A DNA stretch of 63,936 bases, filler included. It is 10 parts of 10 records of this genome, joined end to end, with 100 filler letters (N's around TTAATTAATTAA, not from the genome) between each part and the next. Parts side by side here need not be neighbours in the genome. Positions count along the whole stretch, not along the records: positions 43,555 to 46,774 come from SRR7504441_3014; positions 46,875 to 51,988 come from SRR7504441_3019; positions 52,089 to 63,936 come from SRR7504441_3020; 7 more parts are not named here. One strand, 5' to 3'. The translations under genes were made by a program, and so were the position numbers. Below the pieces are notes generated by a model. It ran no database searches and was not told where the DNA came from. It worked only from the letters and a program-made list of their open reading frames with translations. This document shows, piece by piece, positions 43,842 to 54,788 of the stretch; the stretch's first letter is position 1; each line of letters begins with the position of its first letter.

Positions 43842-46304
43842 CTACATCTCAGGGTCGAATAGCTCCATGGCCGCCTTGGCCACCGTGTTTAGCCCCGCAC
43901 TCCTGCATCCCCGCTCAGCACCAGCTCCAGCGCTAGCCATGCACCATGGTTCATGTCGCATAGCCGCTAGCACGCCGTGCATTGCAGCTGGCTGCAGCGC
44001 CTTCACGAGTGGCCCTGGGGCGTCCAACGCCAGCCGGAGTAGCTCCGTCCCCGCCCTTTGAACCCCTCCCGAAGTAGGATACGCAGTCATCGCCGTCAGC
44101 ACAGCCGCCAGCCCTCCCGCACGCAGCAGCCCAGGGAGCACCACCGTCGGTCGGACGCTCACTAGTCTGACAAGCACTTCAATCCCACGCTGCTGGACCT
44201 GCCCGTTAAACAGCGCGGTCTGATTCCGCATCTGGCACAACACTTGGTGGACTTGCTTCAGCAGCTGCTGGTCGGTCGGCCCTGCACACACCGCAGCTCC
44301 GGTCTCTGGCTCCGGCTCACACTTTGGCGCGACTGCCTCCGCAGCCGCTTTCTCGGCCAGGTAGGCGTGCTCCCTGGCTGCTGCCCGCCGCTTGGCCACT
44401 GCCTCCTGCGCCAGCCGGTTCTTCTCTTGTAGCTCCTCGCGGTACTTCTTTTGCTGCTGCTGCTCGAGCTCGTCCCTTGCAGCTGCCTCCTTCTCCCTCC
44501 TGAGTTTCCGGTCGGCTCGCGCCGCCTCGCGCCGCTCCTCATCCGAGTCCTCGGTTTGGAGCACCGCAACTGGCTCCTCGTCTTTGGCACCGTCCATCTT
44601 CCAAGGCTCAGCAGCTGGCAGAGTGCTTGCCTGCACGCCCTCGCCCTGCTCAGAGCAGCCGGCACTATTCCGGGCAAGCAGAAAAAGCTGGTACTGCATG
44701 TCCGGGAGCAGCTCTGTGAGCGTGCCGCTGTGCTGCTTCCCGAAGCTGGCCATGCTCCACACCCCCTGCACCCGGGCTCGGTACTTTGCGATGTACTCGA
44801 GTACGGTAGCGCCATTGTCATTCTCTGGAGGATCCCAGCTTAGTTCCATCTCGTACGAACCGAGCTCGTCCACCGCGAATGCCACCTGGCTGGGCGGATC
44901 GGGAGGTGCGGTCCGGAGCTTTAAGGCTGTGCCTTCAGCGGATTTGCCCGCGCTGTTGATTGCGAGCACCATGATTTCAACGTCACAGTTGGTCGGGAGT
45001 TCGGCCGTCTGAAAGCTCGGCTCTGCTGGCTCGCCTAGTAGCTTCCAGCCGATGCTACGCTCTGTCTGGCAGTACACCGAGTACCCACACACCTCCGCTC
45101 CGTTGTCTGCTGGCGGGGTCCACTCAATCCTTAGGAAGGTCGCTCTGTTCTCGGCCAAGCTGAGCTCGGACACCGGCTCGGGCGGCACAGCTGGGTCTGT
45201 CGTGAACCTATGGAGCGCCGGCTGGCTGGTGTACTCGTACTCATTATGCGCCGTCAGAGCAAACTCATACTCGCAGCCCCCCCTCAGCTCAGTCAACTCA
45301 AATTCCGTCGAGCTAGCGGCTTCTAGCAGCGTTTCTCTCTCAGGGGCACTGGCCGGCCCGGCAACCAGTGTGTACCCGGCCAGGTCCACACCCGGCGACT
45401 CTGGTGGCTCCCAGCAGATTTTAAGACTCATAGGACTGCTCCGAACCAGTTTGCAACAGTCGACTGGCCCGGGCGGCGCCGGGGCAGCTGTGAACAGCTC
45501 TGCGGGGGCCCCCCACTCGCCTGGACCGGCCAGGTTGTGCGCGCGCACCCGAACTTGGTAGCCGGTGGCCGCCCGCAAGCCGTGAATCCAGTGCTCCCCC
45601 GGAACTCCGGTCTCTGATGGCTGGTCATCAAGCTGAACCTCCCACAAGGTGATCGGCACCCCGCCGTCGTCGATATCGGTGGCCCAGCCCAGCAGCAGTC
45701 GGTCAGCCTGTCGTTCGGTTGCCTCTGGCAATCCGGGCTGGCCTGGCGGCTGGGCCGGCGGGGTGCGGAAACTGGCCAGGCGGCAAGCGCTGACTCCAAC
45801 CTGCACGGCAGATCAGGACGGCGAAGCATGTAGGGCAGGCACGCATGGCGGGTGGGAGGGCCGGGCGAGGGCACCGAGTTCAGGGTGACCAACCGCGCAG
45901 AGTACTCGGTGTCGGGCGCCAGGCCCTCCAGTCGCACCTTCGCCGCGCTGTTCCCGCCCCCCTGAGCTGCGGGCCGCAAGCGATGCGCACCTGGGCCGGA
46001 TATCGACCTGGGCAGGACCGTCCGGGGGCGCCGGCTCCAAGCTGAGTGCGTACCCTGTGTGCGCAAAGTTTGACCGCTGGGGCGGTACCCAGCGCGCGGT
46101 GGCGGCAGTTGCACGCAGCTCGTCCACCACGAGCGATACCGGCGGGGAGGGCCGGCCCGGGTTAGGGGGGCGGTGGATCAGCCGGCGGCTGCCGGGGATG
46201 CCGACCACTTCGCAGGGCGGGACCTGCCCCGCAGTCTGGCGCTGGCCGGTTGGAGCCCAGACCTCGCAAGAGTGGGTGATGTACTCACTCACCTGCCCCA
46301 CCAT
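43842..46304 (-). CDS. Intracellular fibronectin type III repeat protein (about 5 FN3) with coiled coil and ARM-like C-terminus
   Basis: Repeated W.PP..NG...Y / L.....Y...V.A.N..G motifs; several 5' introns; exact termini uncertain. Confidence 0.82.
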
Positions 46305-46774
46305 ACCAGCGGTTGTTGTTGTTGTCGGCTACTAGCAATACCTGTATTTAAGTACCTGCTGTCAAAATCATTAAAAACCAGGTCATGTGGGAGGTTCTTC
46401 ATTGCACCAGTGGTTCCTTTGTTCCACCTTGGAAGCCAAACACAAGCAGAGTGCCGCAATAGACATCCACTACGGATCGGAATGTAGCTGCATCTCCGTG
46501 ACACAATTTCTGGTAATCAGGATCTAATCAGGATCCGCCTTGATCTGAGCAGTTGCCTGGTCCCACCAATCGTTTGCATTGGCATTCGCAACGCTGCTTC
46601 AGACCTGAATGCAAGCTGGAAAAGACCGACAGAGAGCCCGCCACAAGCCGGGATGGTCTGTTTCCTCAGGAAAGTCAGTGAATACGGGCATGCATTGCTC
46701 TCGCTGATCACTTTGGTATTAATTAACTCATTGCGTATTGTAGTCTTGCGTACTGTAACTTGCTCGGGTAGCAA

Positions 46775-46874
46775 NNNNNNNNNNNNNNNNNNNNNNNNNN
46801 NNNNNNNNNNNNNNNNNNTTAATTAATTAANNNNNNNNNNNNNNNNNNNNNNNNNNNNNNNNNNNNNNNNNNNN
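46775..46874. other. Artificial contig spacer
   Basis: N44-TTAATTAATTAA-N44. Confidence 0.99.
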
Positions 46875-47138
46875 CCCGCCAGCTCCAGCTTGCCCCCCCC
46901 CCCGGTCAGCGCTCGCGGCGCGCGGGCCGCGTCACCACATCGCTCCGAGTCGTCGAGGACTGTTACCGTTACTTGAATAGACTCTCGAGAAAACATCGGA
47001 TGTGCTGGCTGAGCCTGTGATCTTCTGCAGCGCCGTCGTGATGGCCTTTTGTGCATATGCTGTTTTGGTCGATGGCAGCGTGTCTGAACAGTACGATCGA
47101 ATGAATTATTTGTTTATTGTGAGCGGTCAGACCATGGG

Positions 47139-48692
47139 TCAGACCTCAGGAAGAAACTCGCCGCTGTACTTGAGCACGGCCGACTTCTCGTGCGGCAGTC
47201 GGGTCCTTCTAGGATACAGGGTGCAGTCTAGCGGGTAGTTGAGCAGGTTGGTCACCCGCGAGGTGTACAGGTCGGCGTACCGAGTCATCTGCTCCATGAA
47301 CAGCGACGGCCGGTTATGCGTCCGGAACATCGAGCCAAAGTACTTGTTGTGCGCCTGCTTGAGCGCGGCCTGCACCTCGGTTCGATGCCGTTGGAGCACC
47401 TCGGCCGCTTGCCTCACCTCGGGCGACTGGTCCTCGGCGCACCCGCGGAGCAGCGCCTCGAGCTCGCGCAGCTGGTCCCTCAGCCGCTGCTGCTCAGCCG
47501 ACGAGCGGATGCTCACCTCGTCCTCGATCTCGCGTACTATGCAGCCGGTCCGCCAGCCAAACTCGCGGACCGGCTGGACCAGGTCGCTGTGCAGGTGGTC
47601 CCCAAAGTAGAGCACCTGGTCGCCCCGCCACGGCACCCGTTTCATCATCCCCACCACCGAGCCTTGGGCGTACACAGCCCCGGGCTCAAAGAAGCCTGGC
47701 ATCTCGCCCCACTTGAGCCGGCCGGTGCCCTTGCTCATCAGCCGGAAGTCGCGCTTCTTGGTGAAGAAGCCCGGCTTGCCGGCCGAGGTGACGATCACGT
47801 CAAACCTGTCTGCCCATCGCTTCCCCAGCAGGTGCGCCATCCCGGCGTCCATAAACCAATACGGCGAGTTGGTCACGATAAACAGCTGCATCCCGCCCGC
47901 CTTGAGCCGCGAGAGCAGCCGGTCCAGCTCGTCCCCCAGCGGCAGGATGTACTGGCCCGGGTGCGCCGACACCTCTGCGTAGAGCTCGCCCGAGATATGC
48001 ACGGCCCCTATCGCCTTCTGCACGTCCTCGGCCAGATACTCCGGCTTGAACTTGATCTTGCTCCGTCGGAACCAGCTCACTGTGTCAGCCAGCAGATTGG
48101 CCTCGGGCACCGCGAACTCGTCGTGGATCGGCTTGAGGTGCGACTGGCCGGACTTGCTCATGTGGCCCTCTGGGTACAGCCCCTCGGCCTCGGCCAAAGG
48201 GAGCAGCTCCCTGCCGAGCGTGACCGCGGTGGGCTGGACCATGTAGTTGCAATCCAGCTTGATCAGCGTGCCGTGCCGCACGTCGAAGTGGAGCCCGCGG
48301 GTGGCGAAGTGAGGGTCATACTGCAACTCGGCCAGCATCTCGGGAGGGTACCGCCACTGCTCGACCAGCTTGCCCAGCGCCCGGCTGTACAGGAACTGGT
48401 TCAGCCGGGCCTCGTCGTACTGCACCAGCGTGTAGTCGTAGTCGAAACCGTACGCCCGGATGCTGGACAGCTTGAGCGGCGTGTTGACGAAGATCGAACG
48501 GGTGGGCTCGGCCTCCACTGCCGGCGGGCGCTGGTGCTCCGCAAGGCGGCCCATCGCCGCCCGCACCTCCTCGGGCGAGGCCGAGGTCAGGCCCCGGGTG
48601 ACTAGCCGCCGGCCAGCCCAGGCCGAGGTCAGGCCCCGGGTGCCTAGCCGCCGGCCAGCCCAGGCCCGACGCGCAGCCTGCAGCCTGAACAT
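47139..48692 (-). CDS. HAD-superfamily IG 5'-nucleotidase (NT5DC2/3-like) with mitochondrial-type presequence, intronless
   Basis: YGFDYDYTLVQY, FIVTNS, KPGFF, VLYFGDHLHSDL, FGSMFRT, RYADLYTS; Arg-rich N-terminus from ATG 48692. Confidence 0.93.
   Translation of the reverse strand: MFRLQAARRAWAGRRLGTRGLTSAWAGRRLVTRGLTSASPEEVRAAMGRLAEHQRPPAVEAEPTRSIFVNTPLKLSSIRAYGFDYDYTLVQYDEARLNQFLYSRALGKLVEQWRYPPEMLAELQYDPHFATRGLHFDVRHGTLIKLDCNYMVQPTAVTLGRELLPLAEAEGLYPEGHMSKSGQSHLKPIHDEFAVPEANLLADTVSWFRRSKIKFKPEYLAEDVQKAIGAVHISGELYAEVSAHPGQYILPLGDELDRLLSRLKAGGMQLFIVTNSPYWFMDAGMAHLLGKRWADRFDVIVTSAGKPGFFTKKRDFRLMSKGTGRLKWGEMPGFFEPGAVYAQGSVVGMMKRVPWRGDQVLYFGDHLHSDLVQPVREFGWRTGCIVREIEDEVSIRSSAEQQRLRDQLRELEALLRGCAEDQSPEVRQAAEVLQRHRTEVQAALKQAHNKYFGSMFRTHNRPSLFMEQMTRYADLYTSRVTNLLNYPLDCTLYPRRTRLPHEKSAVLKYSGEFLPEV
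48579..48666. repeat. Near-perfect 42-bp tandem duplication in the NT5DC presequence
   Basis: ggccgaggtcaggccccgggtg(a/c)ctagccgccggccagccca occurs twice; encodes AWAGRRL(G/V)TRGLTS twice. Confidence 0.9.
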
Positions 48693-48758
48693 TGCCGGCG
48701 CGGCGCCAACCGCCTGAACGGCCAAGTCCGGTCGGGCGGCCGGCGGTGCGTGGGTGGC

Positions 48759-50318
48759 ATGGCTGGTTTGGCCGGAGGCATCGGGGCGACGGTGCTGGTG
48801 CAGCTGCTGGCTCGGGGAGTGTCGTTCTCAGCCAACCTGCTCATACCGCGGCTGGTGCCGCCTTCGCACTACGGGATCGGGTACGTCTCGTTCCAGTTCT
48901 TCATCTCTACCGCGCTTTTCTTCCCCAAGGAATGCTTCCTCAGGGTGGCCCTGCGCGACCTGCCCGACCAGCCGGCCCCTGCCTCGGCCCAGTCGGCCCT
49001 CAACCTCGGCTGGGCCGGGCTGCTCGCTGGCCTGCTCGCACTGGCTCCGCTCACCGTCTGGTGGCTTGCCCAGCCGCCGGCCACAGCCGGGGGCTGGTAC
49101 TGGCAGGCGGTGCTGGCGCTAGCCGGCTCGGTGGTGCTCGAAGCCGCGGCCCAGCCGTGCATCATCAGCTGCCTCCGTCGGGGCGAGTACGGCCGTCGGG
49201 CCTCGGGGGACGGGCTGGCCATCTTGGTGCGCACGCTGAGCATGCTCGCGCTGGTGGTGGGCACTGGCAGCCTGCCGCTCGGGTTCGCAGTCGGGCAGCT
49301 GGCGCAAGGGGCGGTGCTGCTCGGCTGGTTTGTGACGCTCCAGCGCCGGGCCGGCCAGCGCTGGCTGCCAGGTCGGATAGACGGCGCTAGCCAGGCGCAG
49401 CAGATGGTGCTCCCGGGGCACTGGCTGCTGCTCGGCCAATTCTCGTCGGCCACGGTGCTCAAGCTGGTGCTCACCGAGGGCGAGCGGTTCCTGATCATGG
49501 CGCTCTTCTCCGAGCCGGATTGGGGTGTGTATGGGCTGGTCTCGAACCTTGGCTCGCTCATCCTGCGGCTGCTCTTTGCGCCAGTGGAGGAGATAGCGTA
49601 CGCCGCGTTCAGCGGGGGCAAGACCGACAAGGCCGGGCACTGGCCGCTGCTCCGGGCGCTGCTGCTGCTGCAGGCCACGGTCGGCTGGCTGGCGGTGTGC
49701 TTTGGGCCCTGGTTCGCGCCGACTGTTGTTCGGGTGCTGTATGGCGAGCAGTGGGCGGGCTCTGCCGCCCCCGGGGTGCTCGCGGCCTACTGCTCGCTCC
49801 TGCTGGTGCTCGGGCTCAACGGGATCCTCGAGGCGTTCACCAATGCGCTCGCGCCCACCGGCTGGCTCTGGCGGATGCAGCTTGCCCAGCTGGCCAGCTC
49901 AGTCACACTAGTGCTGGCCACGTATTCACTCCGGTCGCTCGGGCCTGTGGCGCTGGTCTGGGCCAACACGGCGGCTACCTGCATCCGAGTGGCCTTTTGC
50001 AGCTGGTTCGTCAAGGAGCAGCTCGGGCTGACTGCTGACAAACTCGGGGCGCTGCCAGTGCTCCGGCTGATGCTCCTGCTGGCGGCTGCGGGCGGGGCAG
50101 TGGCGCCACTCACCAGCCGATACCTCGCCGCAGTGCACGAAGGCCCGCTCGACTGGGGAGCGATTGGAGGGTGCGTGTCGGCGGCAGTGGCAGCCATATT
50201 GGCAGTGGGCTGGCTGTCCCGGGCGGTGCTTCGGGATGTCTGGCGGAGCATTTCGACTAGCTCGTCTTCCGGCGATGCTGGCAAAGCTGCCATTAGCGAG
50301 GAGCCTAAACTCGACTAA
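48759..50318 (+). CDS. RFT1: Man5GlcNAc2-PP-dolichol translocation protein RFT1, intronless
   Basis: QLLARGVSFSAN, LFFPKECFLR, LKLVLTEGE, GVYGLVSNLGSLILRLLFAPVEE, NGILEAF; multi-TM. Confidence 0.92.
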   Translation: MAGLAGGIGATVLVQLLARGVSFSANLLIPRLVPPSHYGIGYVSFQFFISTALFFPKECFLRVALRDLPDQPAPASAQSALNLGWAGLLAGLLALAPLTVWWLAQPPATAGGWYWQAVLALAGSVVLEAAAQPCIISCLRRGEYGRRASGDGLAILVRTLSMLALVVGTGSLPLGFAVGQLAQGAVLLGWFVTLQRRAGQRWLPGRIDGASQAQQMVLPGHWLLLGQFSSATVLKLVLTEGERFLIMALFSEPDWGVYGLVSNLGSLILRLLFAPVEEIAYAAFSGGKTDKAGHWPLLRALLLLQATVGWLAVCFGPWFAPTVVRVLYGEQWAGSAAPGVLAAYCSLLLVLGLNGILEAFTNALAPTGWLWRMQLAQLASSVTLVLATYSLRSLGPVALVWANTAATCIRVAFCSWFVKEQLGLTADKLGALPVLRLMLLLAAAGGAVAPLTSRYLAAVHEGPLDWGAIGGCVSAAVAAILAVGWLSRAVLRDVWRSISTSSSSGDAGKAAISEEPKLD

Positions 50319-50547
50319 ATCCGAGGCAAGTGTCTTGTGGTACACGTATGTGCGGTACACGTAATCTAGAGTCCTCGATGAGAACTGTAATTAAGCAAGT
50401 GCTCATGATCATACATGATTGTAAAACGCCAGGCAAGCACATGTAATTATTGATACACAAAAGTAACTTAGTTCATAGTTTTTCATTAATGTTATGGCGT
50501 GCATACATGTACACTCAGCCGGCTGCATGCGTTAGCCCATCCGGCCG

Positions 50548-51876
50548 TCAGCCGGGCGGCAAGCTTCTGTCAGGTGTCACGAGCACCACTCTTCCCTTGA
50601 CGGTGCACAGCGCAAACTGGAGCAGGTCAGCCTGATCTGGGCTGCTCACGAACTTGGCCACGTTGCACGAGTTGTCTCCAACTGTGCCAGAGCAGTGCTG
50701 CCGGAGCAGTCTCCCGTCCCGGGTCCGGAACACCAGCGCGGCCGGGCTGCTGACCCCGGTCTCAGTTTGCCGATAAGCTAACCCGATCAGCAGGAACGAG
50801 CAGTCGACCGAAAAGTCTATCGAGACCACAAAGTGACTGGGGCAGCTCCCGAGCGACAGCCTGTGCAGCACGGCCGCCTCGCCATCGGCTGCACGCTGCA
50901 GGTCGGCCACAGTCACACAGGCCGGCTGCCCAGCAAGGTGCTGGCAGAAGCTGACCAGCCCGCGCCGCTCGCTGATAGCCAGCCCGGACGGCGAGATGAG
51001 TTGCAGCCGATCGAACCGGGCGTCAGTCTGGACGTAACGGCCCTCGCTCCTGAGCAAGCCGCGCAGGCAGGCGCACCCGACTGGCTGCTCGTACTGCTGC
51101 CAGTAGGCGAGCACCAGCCCCGGCCCACCCGCCAGCTCGATCTCGCCGGCCACCGCTATGGAGAGCGCGTCGGGAGGCGGCTGCTCGCGCAGGTCGAGTC
51201 GGCTGACCCCGTGCCCGGCGGCTTGGGGCTGGGCATACTGCCAGCTGAGCACAGTGAGTCCGCGAGTTATCAGGATCTCCGAAGGATCGGATCTGAACCT
51301 GATCGACGAGACCGGCACCCGAGCCCAGCTGAACGAGCCGTCGGGCGCCTGCTGGCCCCCGGTGAGCTTTATCCGCTGTATCGGCCGGGGATGCTCCGTG
51401 TCCCAGAGCTGGATCCAGCCGTCGAAGCAGACCGAGCAGAGCAGCTGGCCATCCGGGTGCACTGCCAGGCAGAACGGGGTCCGCTGGTGCCGGCCGAGTC
51501 CCCCGAGCCGACCGCCGTCCGACCGGAATCCTCGGATCTCGTGGTCCCGGTGTCCAGTGAACAGCCGCCCGTCCGGCCCCCCCACCAGCGAGAGTGCGGC
51601 CGTCCGCCGGTGGAGCACGGCCTCGGTCGCGTCGGAGGCCAGCGCTTGCGCCTGCCGGTGCCTGGCCCGGAGCCAGCCGCGTGGGTCTGGCAGTTTGGGG
51701 GGCGGCACGTACAGCTGCGCCTCCGGGCAGCCGCGCCAGAGCGCCGGGTGGGTGAGCGCCTGGCTCCAGCAGCGGTTCACCCGGCCGGCCAGCCCGATCT
51801 CGGCCAGGCTCAGCTCGCGCAGAATCAGCTGAACCACGTCACCTTGCCCGGCCCACGAGCTGCTCGGGGTGTCCAT
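50548..51876 (-). CDS. F-box plus AMBRA1-type WD40 propeller protein, intronless
   Basis: F-box DVVQLILRELS...VNRCW...LWR; RHQRTPFCLAVHP...SVCFDGWIQLWD; VVSIDFS...FLLIGLAYR...CNVAKF...CTVKGRV. Confidence 0.72.
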   Translation of the reverse strand: MDTPSSSWAGQGDVVQLILRELSLAEIGLAGRVNRCWSQALTHPALWRGCPEAQLYVPPPKLPDPRGWLRARHRQAQALASDATEAVLHRRTAALSLVGGPDGRLFTGHRDHEIRGFRSDGGRLGGLGRHQRTPFCLAVHPDGQLLCSVCFDGWIQLWDTEHPRPIQRIKLTGGQQAPDGSFSWARVPVSSIRFRSDPSEILITRGLTVLSWQYAQPQAAGHGVSRLDLREQPPPDALSIAVAGEIELAGGPGLVLAYWQQYEQPVGCACLRGLLRSEGRYVQTDARFDRLQLISPSGLAISERRGLVSFCQHLAGQPACVTVADLQRAADGEAAVLHRLSLGSCPSHFVVSIDFSVDCSFLLIGLAYRQTETGVSSPAALVFRTRDGRLLRQHCSGTVGDNSCNVAKFVSSPDQADLLQFALCTVKGRVVLVTPDRSLPPG

Positions 51877-51988
51877 CAACCGTCAGCGGACTGGGTACGG
51901 CGGGCCGCCTATGAACGTTGAGGGCAGGCCAAGACTGCTGTTTGTGCACCAACTGGGGTTAGGCTCGGTCTACTCATAAAATCTCGTG

Positions 51989-52088
51989 NNNNNNNNNNNN
52001 NNNNNNNNNNNNNNNNNNNNNNNNNNNNNNNNTTAATTAATTAANNNNNNNNNNNNNNNNNNNNNNNNNNNNNNNNNNNNNNNNNNNN
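51989..52088. other. Artificial contig spacer
   Basis: N44-TTAATTAATTAA-N44. Confidence 0.99.
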
Positions 52089-52337
52089 GCTGCACAGCTA
52101 GCTGTGCAGCTAGCTTGGTTTGGAGTGCAGTTCAAGGGCCGAGGCCAGGAGCGTATTTGAGACCGGATTTGAGAAGCGCCCCCTGTGAGAAGCGCATTGA
52201 TAAGAATGAATATGCTTTACACTTAGTACAAGTACAATCATGATTGTACAGTCATGTGCTACACTGCATGTAGTACTTTACAAACTATTATGTCCTTGCA
52301 AGTGTGCATAAATCTCTAATACTAATAAATCTCTGGC

Positions 52338-54788
52338 TTACTTCAGCGTCACAGCAATCTGTTGCAACACCGACAGATCTGACATTGCAGTTGCAAAAAC
52401 CACAGTCTCCTCCTCTGGGTTCACATACGGCCAGGGCTTTCCGCCAACAGTGGCATTGCTTAGCCGAGCTCCGAGCGGGAACCCAGGGCAGCGCAGCCTG
52501 AGCTTGAGCCCCCCGGCCGGCCAACGGAACGGGCTGGGCAGCGTGATATTGGCAGTGACCTCGCCTTGGCCTGCAGTGACAAGGAGTGACACCCTCCCGT
52601 AGCTGGTGGGCGTCCGGGAGACCCCGACCCGCTCGCCTGGACTGAGCCACTGGCGGGGGATCCCTTTGCCAAACCAGAGAGTGTTTGCGGTGTCTTCGAT
52701 AACAAAGTGCCACTTCAATGCCGTCGGCACATATACCTGCGTGCTCGGTGTATACCCAGTGCCAGGCTGAGTGCGGTCAAAGACCGGCACCTCAGCGGCA
52801 GTCCAAGTGCCACGCGTCTGCGCGTGAGCCGACGCGCTGTATAGCGAGATCAGGGCGTGCTCCACATCGTCCTTGTATACGAGCAACCCGTACGTGCCGG
52901 TGAATGACTGCCCCGGGCTGTTCAGGCCAGCTCCACTTACAGTGATGTCCTTGGTGATGTTCGGAGGCAACACGCGACTCCAGAGGACCGTTCCCCAGTC
53001 CTCCATGAACATATCCAGCGTCGGGTAAACGTACCCAGGTTCGCGTCCGCTGCACTTGGTCCAGCCAAACACGTACGGATAGCACGTAGAGTTCCCGTCA
53101 TGGATCGCATTCCGCTCGAGCGCCAACATCAAATCCGTGTGCAGCTCCTCCGCCTCGGTCACCAATTGCTTCCCCTCCGTCACCAAGTCGGTCGCGCTGT
53201 GCTGCGCCCCAATCGCCTGCCAGGCAGCCCCGAGGTCTCGGAATCCTCGCTCCATCTCTGTGGCGACCTGCACAAATGGCAAGTCCGTGTGGCAGTCGCC
53301 CGGGTTCTTCCCGTTGAAAGTGGTACCGCACTCGACGCCCGACCCGGTGGTGTCGGCGTTATCTTGGCCCGAGGGCATGCCGTATGCCAAGTGCTGCTTA
53401 GGAAGCTGCAGGGCGCGGGCTCGGATGGCTCGCAGCTGGTTCACGAGCACAAGAATCTTGCTCTGATACTTGAGCAGCAGGCCAGTCGGGTCCCCGGTGT
53501 ACGACCAGTATTGGGCAAACATACTCAAATGCCGCCCGTTCCAGACGGCGCTTGGCTCTGAGTAACGTATGCCGTACTTGTAAACGTAAAAGTTGAGAAA
53601 GTTGTCGAGAATGCCTTTGGCATACTCGAATGCACCAATCTCCAAGCTGTGCAGCAAATCAAACACAGTGGTCAGGTCACACGCATTGTTGTGCGGGAAC
53701 CCGTACTCGTTGGGCAGGGTGCCGTACGCCGGGAACCACATGTTGTTCCGAGTGATCATTGTGCGGATCAGCGAGTGCCTAGCCTGATCATTGAGCAACT
53801 TGCCGTCCGTATCGGTCCGCTGAGGCAAAATGAAATCCATCACGCCTTCAGCCTCCAGGGTCCGGTCCCAGTACCGCTGCTGCGCCGTCACGGTGCTGTA
53901 GAAGTCCTGAGCCATCTCCGAGTTCTCATCCGATCCCATCCCCGGGTTCGGCTGCCCTGGCCCGCGTCCATCCAGCCCACGGTACGCATAAGTATCAAAG
54001 TACCTGACAGTGACTGTGCCGTCGGGCTGGACCTTGAGGACACGATAGAACATGTCTTGTTCGTAGTTGCCGGCCATGTCGGGCACCGGCACTGCAGTCC
54101 ACTCAATCCACCCCCCGGCCGACATCGTGTAGTAATAAGCGATGATCGGAAGATGGTCCCCCCACAGCCCCTCGCGAGTTGCGGTCAGGTTTAGCGCGTC
54201 CTTGAAGGTGGCGGTCGATCGGTGGTACTTGCCGGGATACTGGTTCATGTCCGGCGATCCAGTCATGGTCACCTCCGAGCCCAACGTGTCGAAGCACATT
54301 TTGACCGAAGAGCCCCGGCTTCCGGTCCAGGTGTGCACGTTCCAGCCGTTCCCGCCGGGCGGCGCCCATGGCTTGCCCGTGCTGTGCGCCGGATCCTTCA
54401 TGTTGTATCCGCCGTCGTACACGAAAGGCGGTACGGCCGCCGACACATCGGCCAGGCTGACGTCAGAACCGTTGGCCAGCTCGATCAGCCTTGCAGCCAT
54501 GATATCCGCAGTTGAACTCATCACGGCAGACTTGTTGTACCCGACATAGCAGCTGGACTCGTCCACGAACATCGGCACCGCCGTCTTCCGGAGCGAAGTC
54601 ACCGATCCGCCGGGGCCGTGGAACTCGACCCGACCATCCCGGCGCGACAGGTCTTCGCAGACGGTCCAGCCGTCCCCGGCGGTCCCCATGCTGCGGAGCC
54701 CGGCCGGACAGGCCGCCAGACTGCCGGGGATTCCGGATGAGATCGCAACGCCCAGCCCGATCAGCGTCACCGCTGCAGAGATCCTCAT
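52338..54788 (-). CDS. Secreted six-hairpin-glycosidase-like protein, intronless
   Basis: Signal peptide MRISAAVTLIGLGVAISS; helical core; C-terminal LWFGKGIPRQWL...VSRTPTSYGRVS...LRLR typical of (alpha/alpha)6 glycosidase beta-sandwich tails. Confidence 0.62.
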   Translation of the reverse strand: MRISAAVTLIGLGVAISSGIPGSLAACPAGLRSMGTAGDGWTVCEDLSRRDGRVEFHGPGGSVTSLRKTAVPMFVDESSCYVGYNKSAVMSSTADIMAARLIELANGSDVSLADVSAAVPPFVYDGGYNMKDPAHSTGKPWAPPGGNGWNVHTWTGSRGSSVKMCFDTLGSEVTMTGSPDMNQYPGKYHRSTATFKDALNLTATREGLWGDHLPIIAYYYTMSAGGWIEWTAVPVPDMAGNYEQDMFYRVLKVQPDGTVTVRYFDTYAYRGLDGRGPGQPNPGMGSDENSEMAQDFYSTVTAQQRYWDRTLEAEGVMDFILPQRTDTDGKLLNDQARHSLIRTMITRNNMWFPAYGTLPNEYGFPHNNACDLTTVFDLLHSLEIGAFEYAKGILDNFLNFYVYKYGIRYSEPSAVWNGRHLSMFAQYWSYTGDPTGLLLKYQSKILVLVNQLRAIRARALQLPKQHLAYGMPSGQDNADTTGSGVECGTTFNGKNPGDCHTDLPFVQVATEMERGFRDLGAAWQAIGAQHSATDLVTEGKQLVTEAEELHTDLMLALERNAIHDGNSTCYPYVFGWTKCSGREPGYVYPTLDMFMEDWGTVLWSRVLPPNITKDITVSGAGLNSPGQSFTGTYGLLVYKDDVEHALISLYSASAHAQTRGTWTAAEVPVFDRTQPGTGYTPSTQVYVPTALKWHFVIEDTANTLWFGKGIPRQWLSPGERVGVSRTPTSYGRVSLLVTAGQGEVTANITLPSPFRWPAGGLKLRLRCPGFPLGARLSNATVGGKPWPYVNPEEETVVFATAMSDLSVLQQIAVTLK

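Noticed and set aside
47316-51921. Long antisense ORFs (e.g. 47316-48605, 50833-51921)
   Set aside because: Expected shadows of GC-rich coding sequence; no recognisable motifs.
8123-52088. Nine identical TTAATTAATTAA motifs flanked by N runs as a biological repeat
   Set aside because: Fixed 100-nt assembly linkers with six-frame stops; gene adjacency across them is meaningless.
52089-52110. Perfect 22-bp palindrome gctgcacagctagctgtgcagc
   Set aside because: It sits exactly at a contig edge with no second copy; an amplification/assembly fold-back is as likely as a transposon end.
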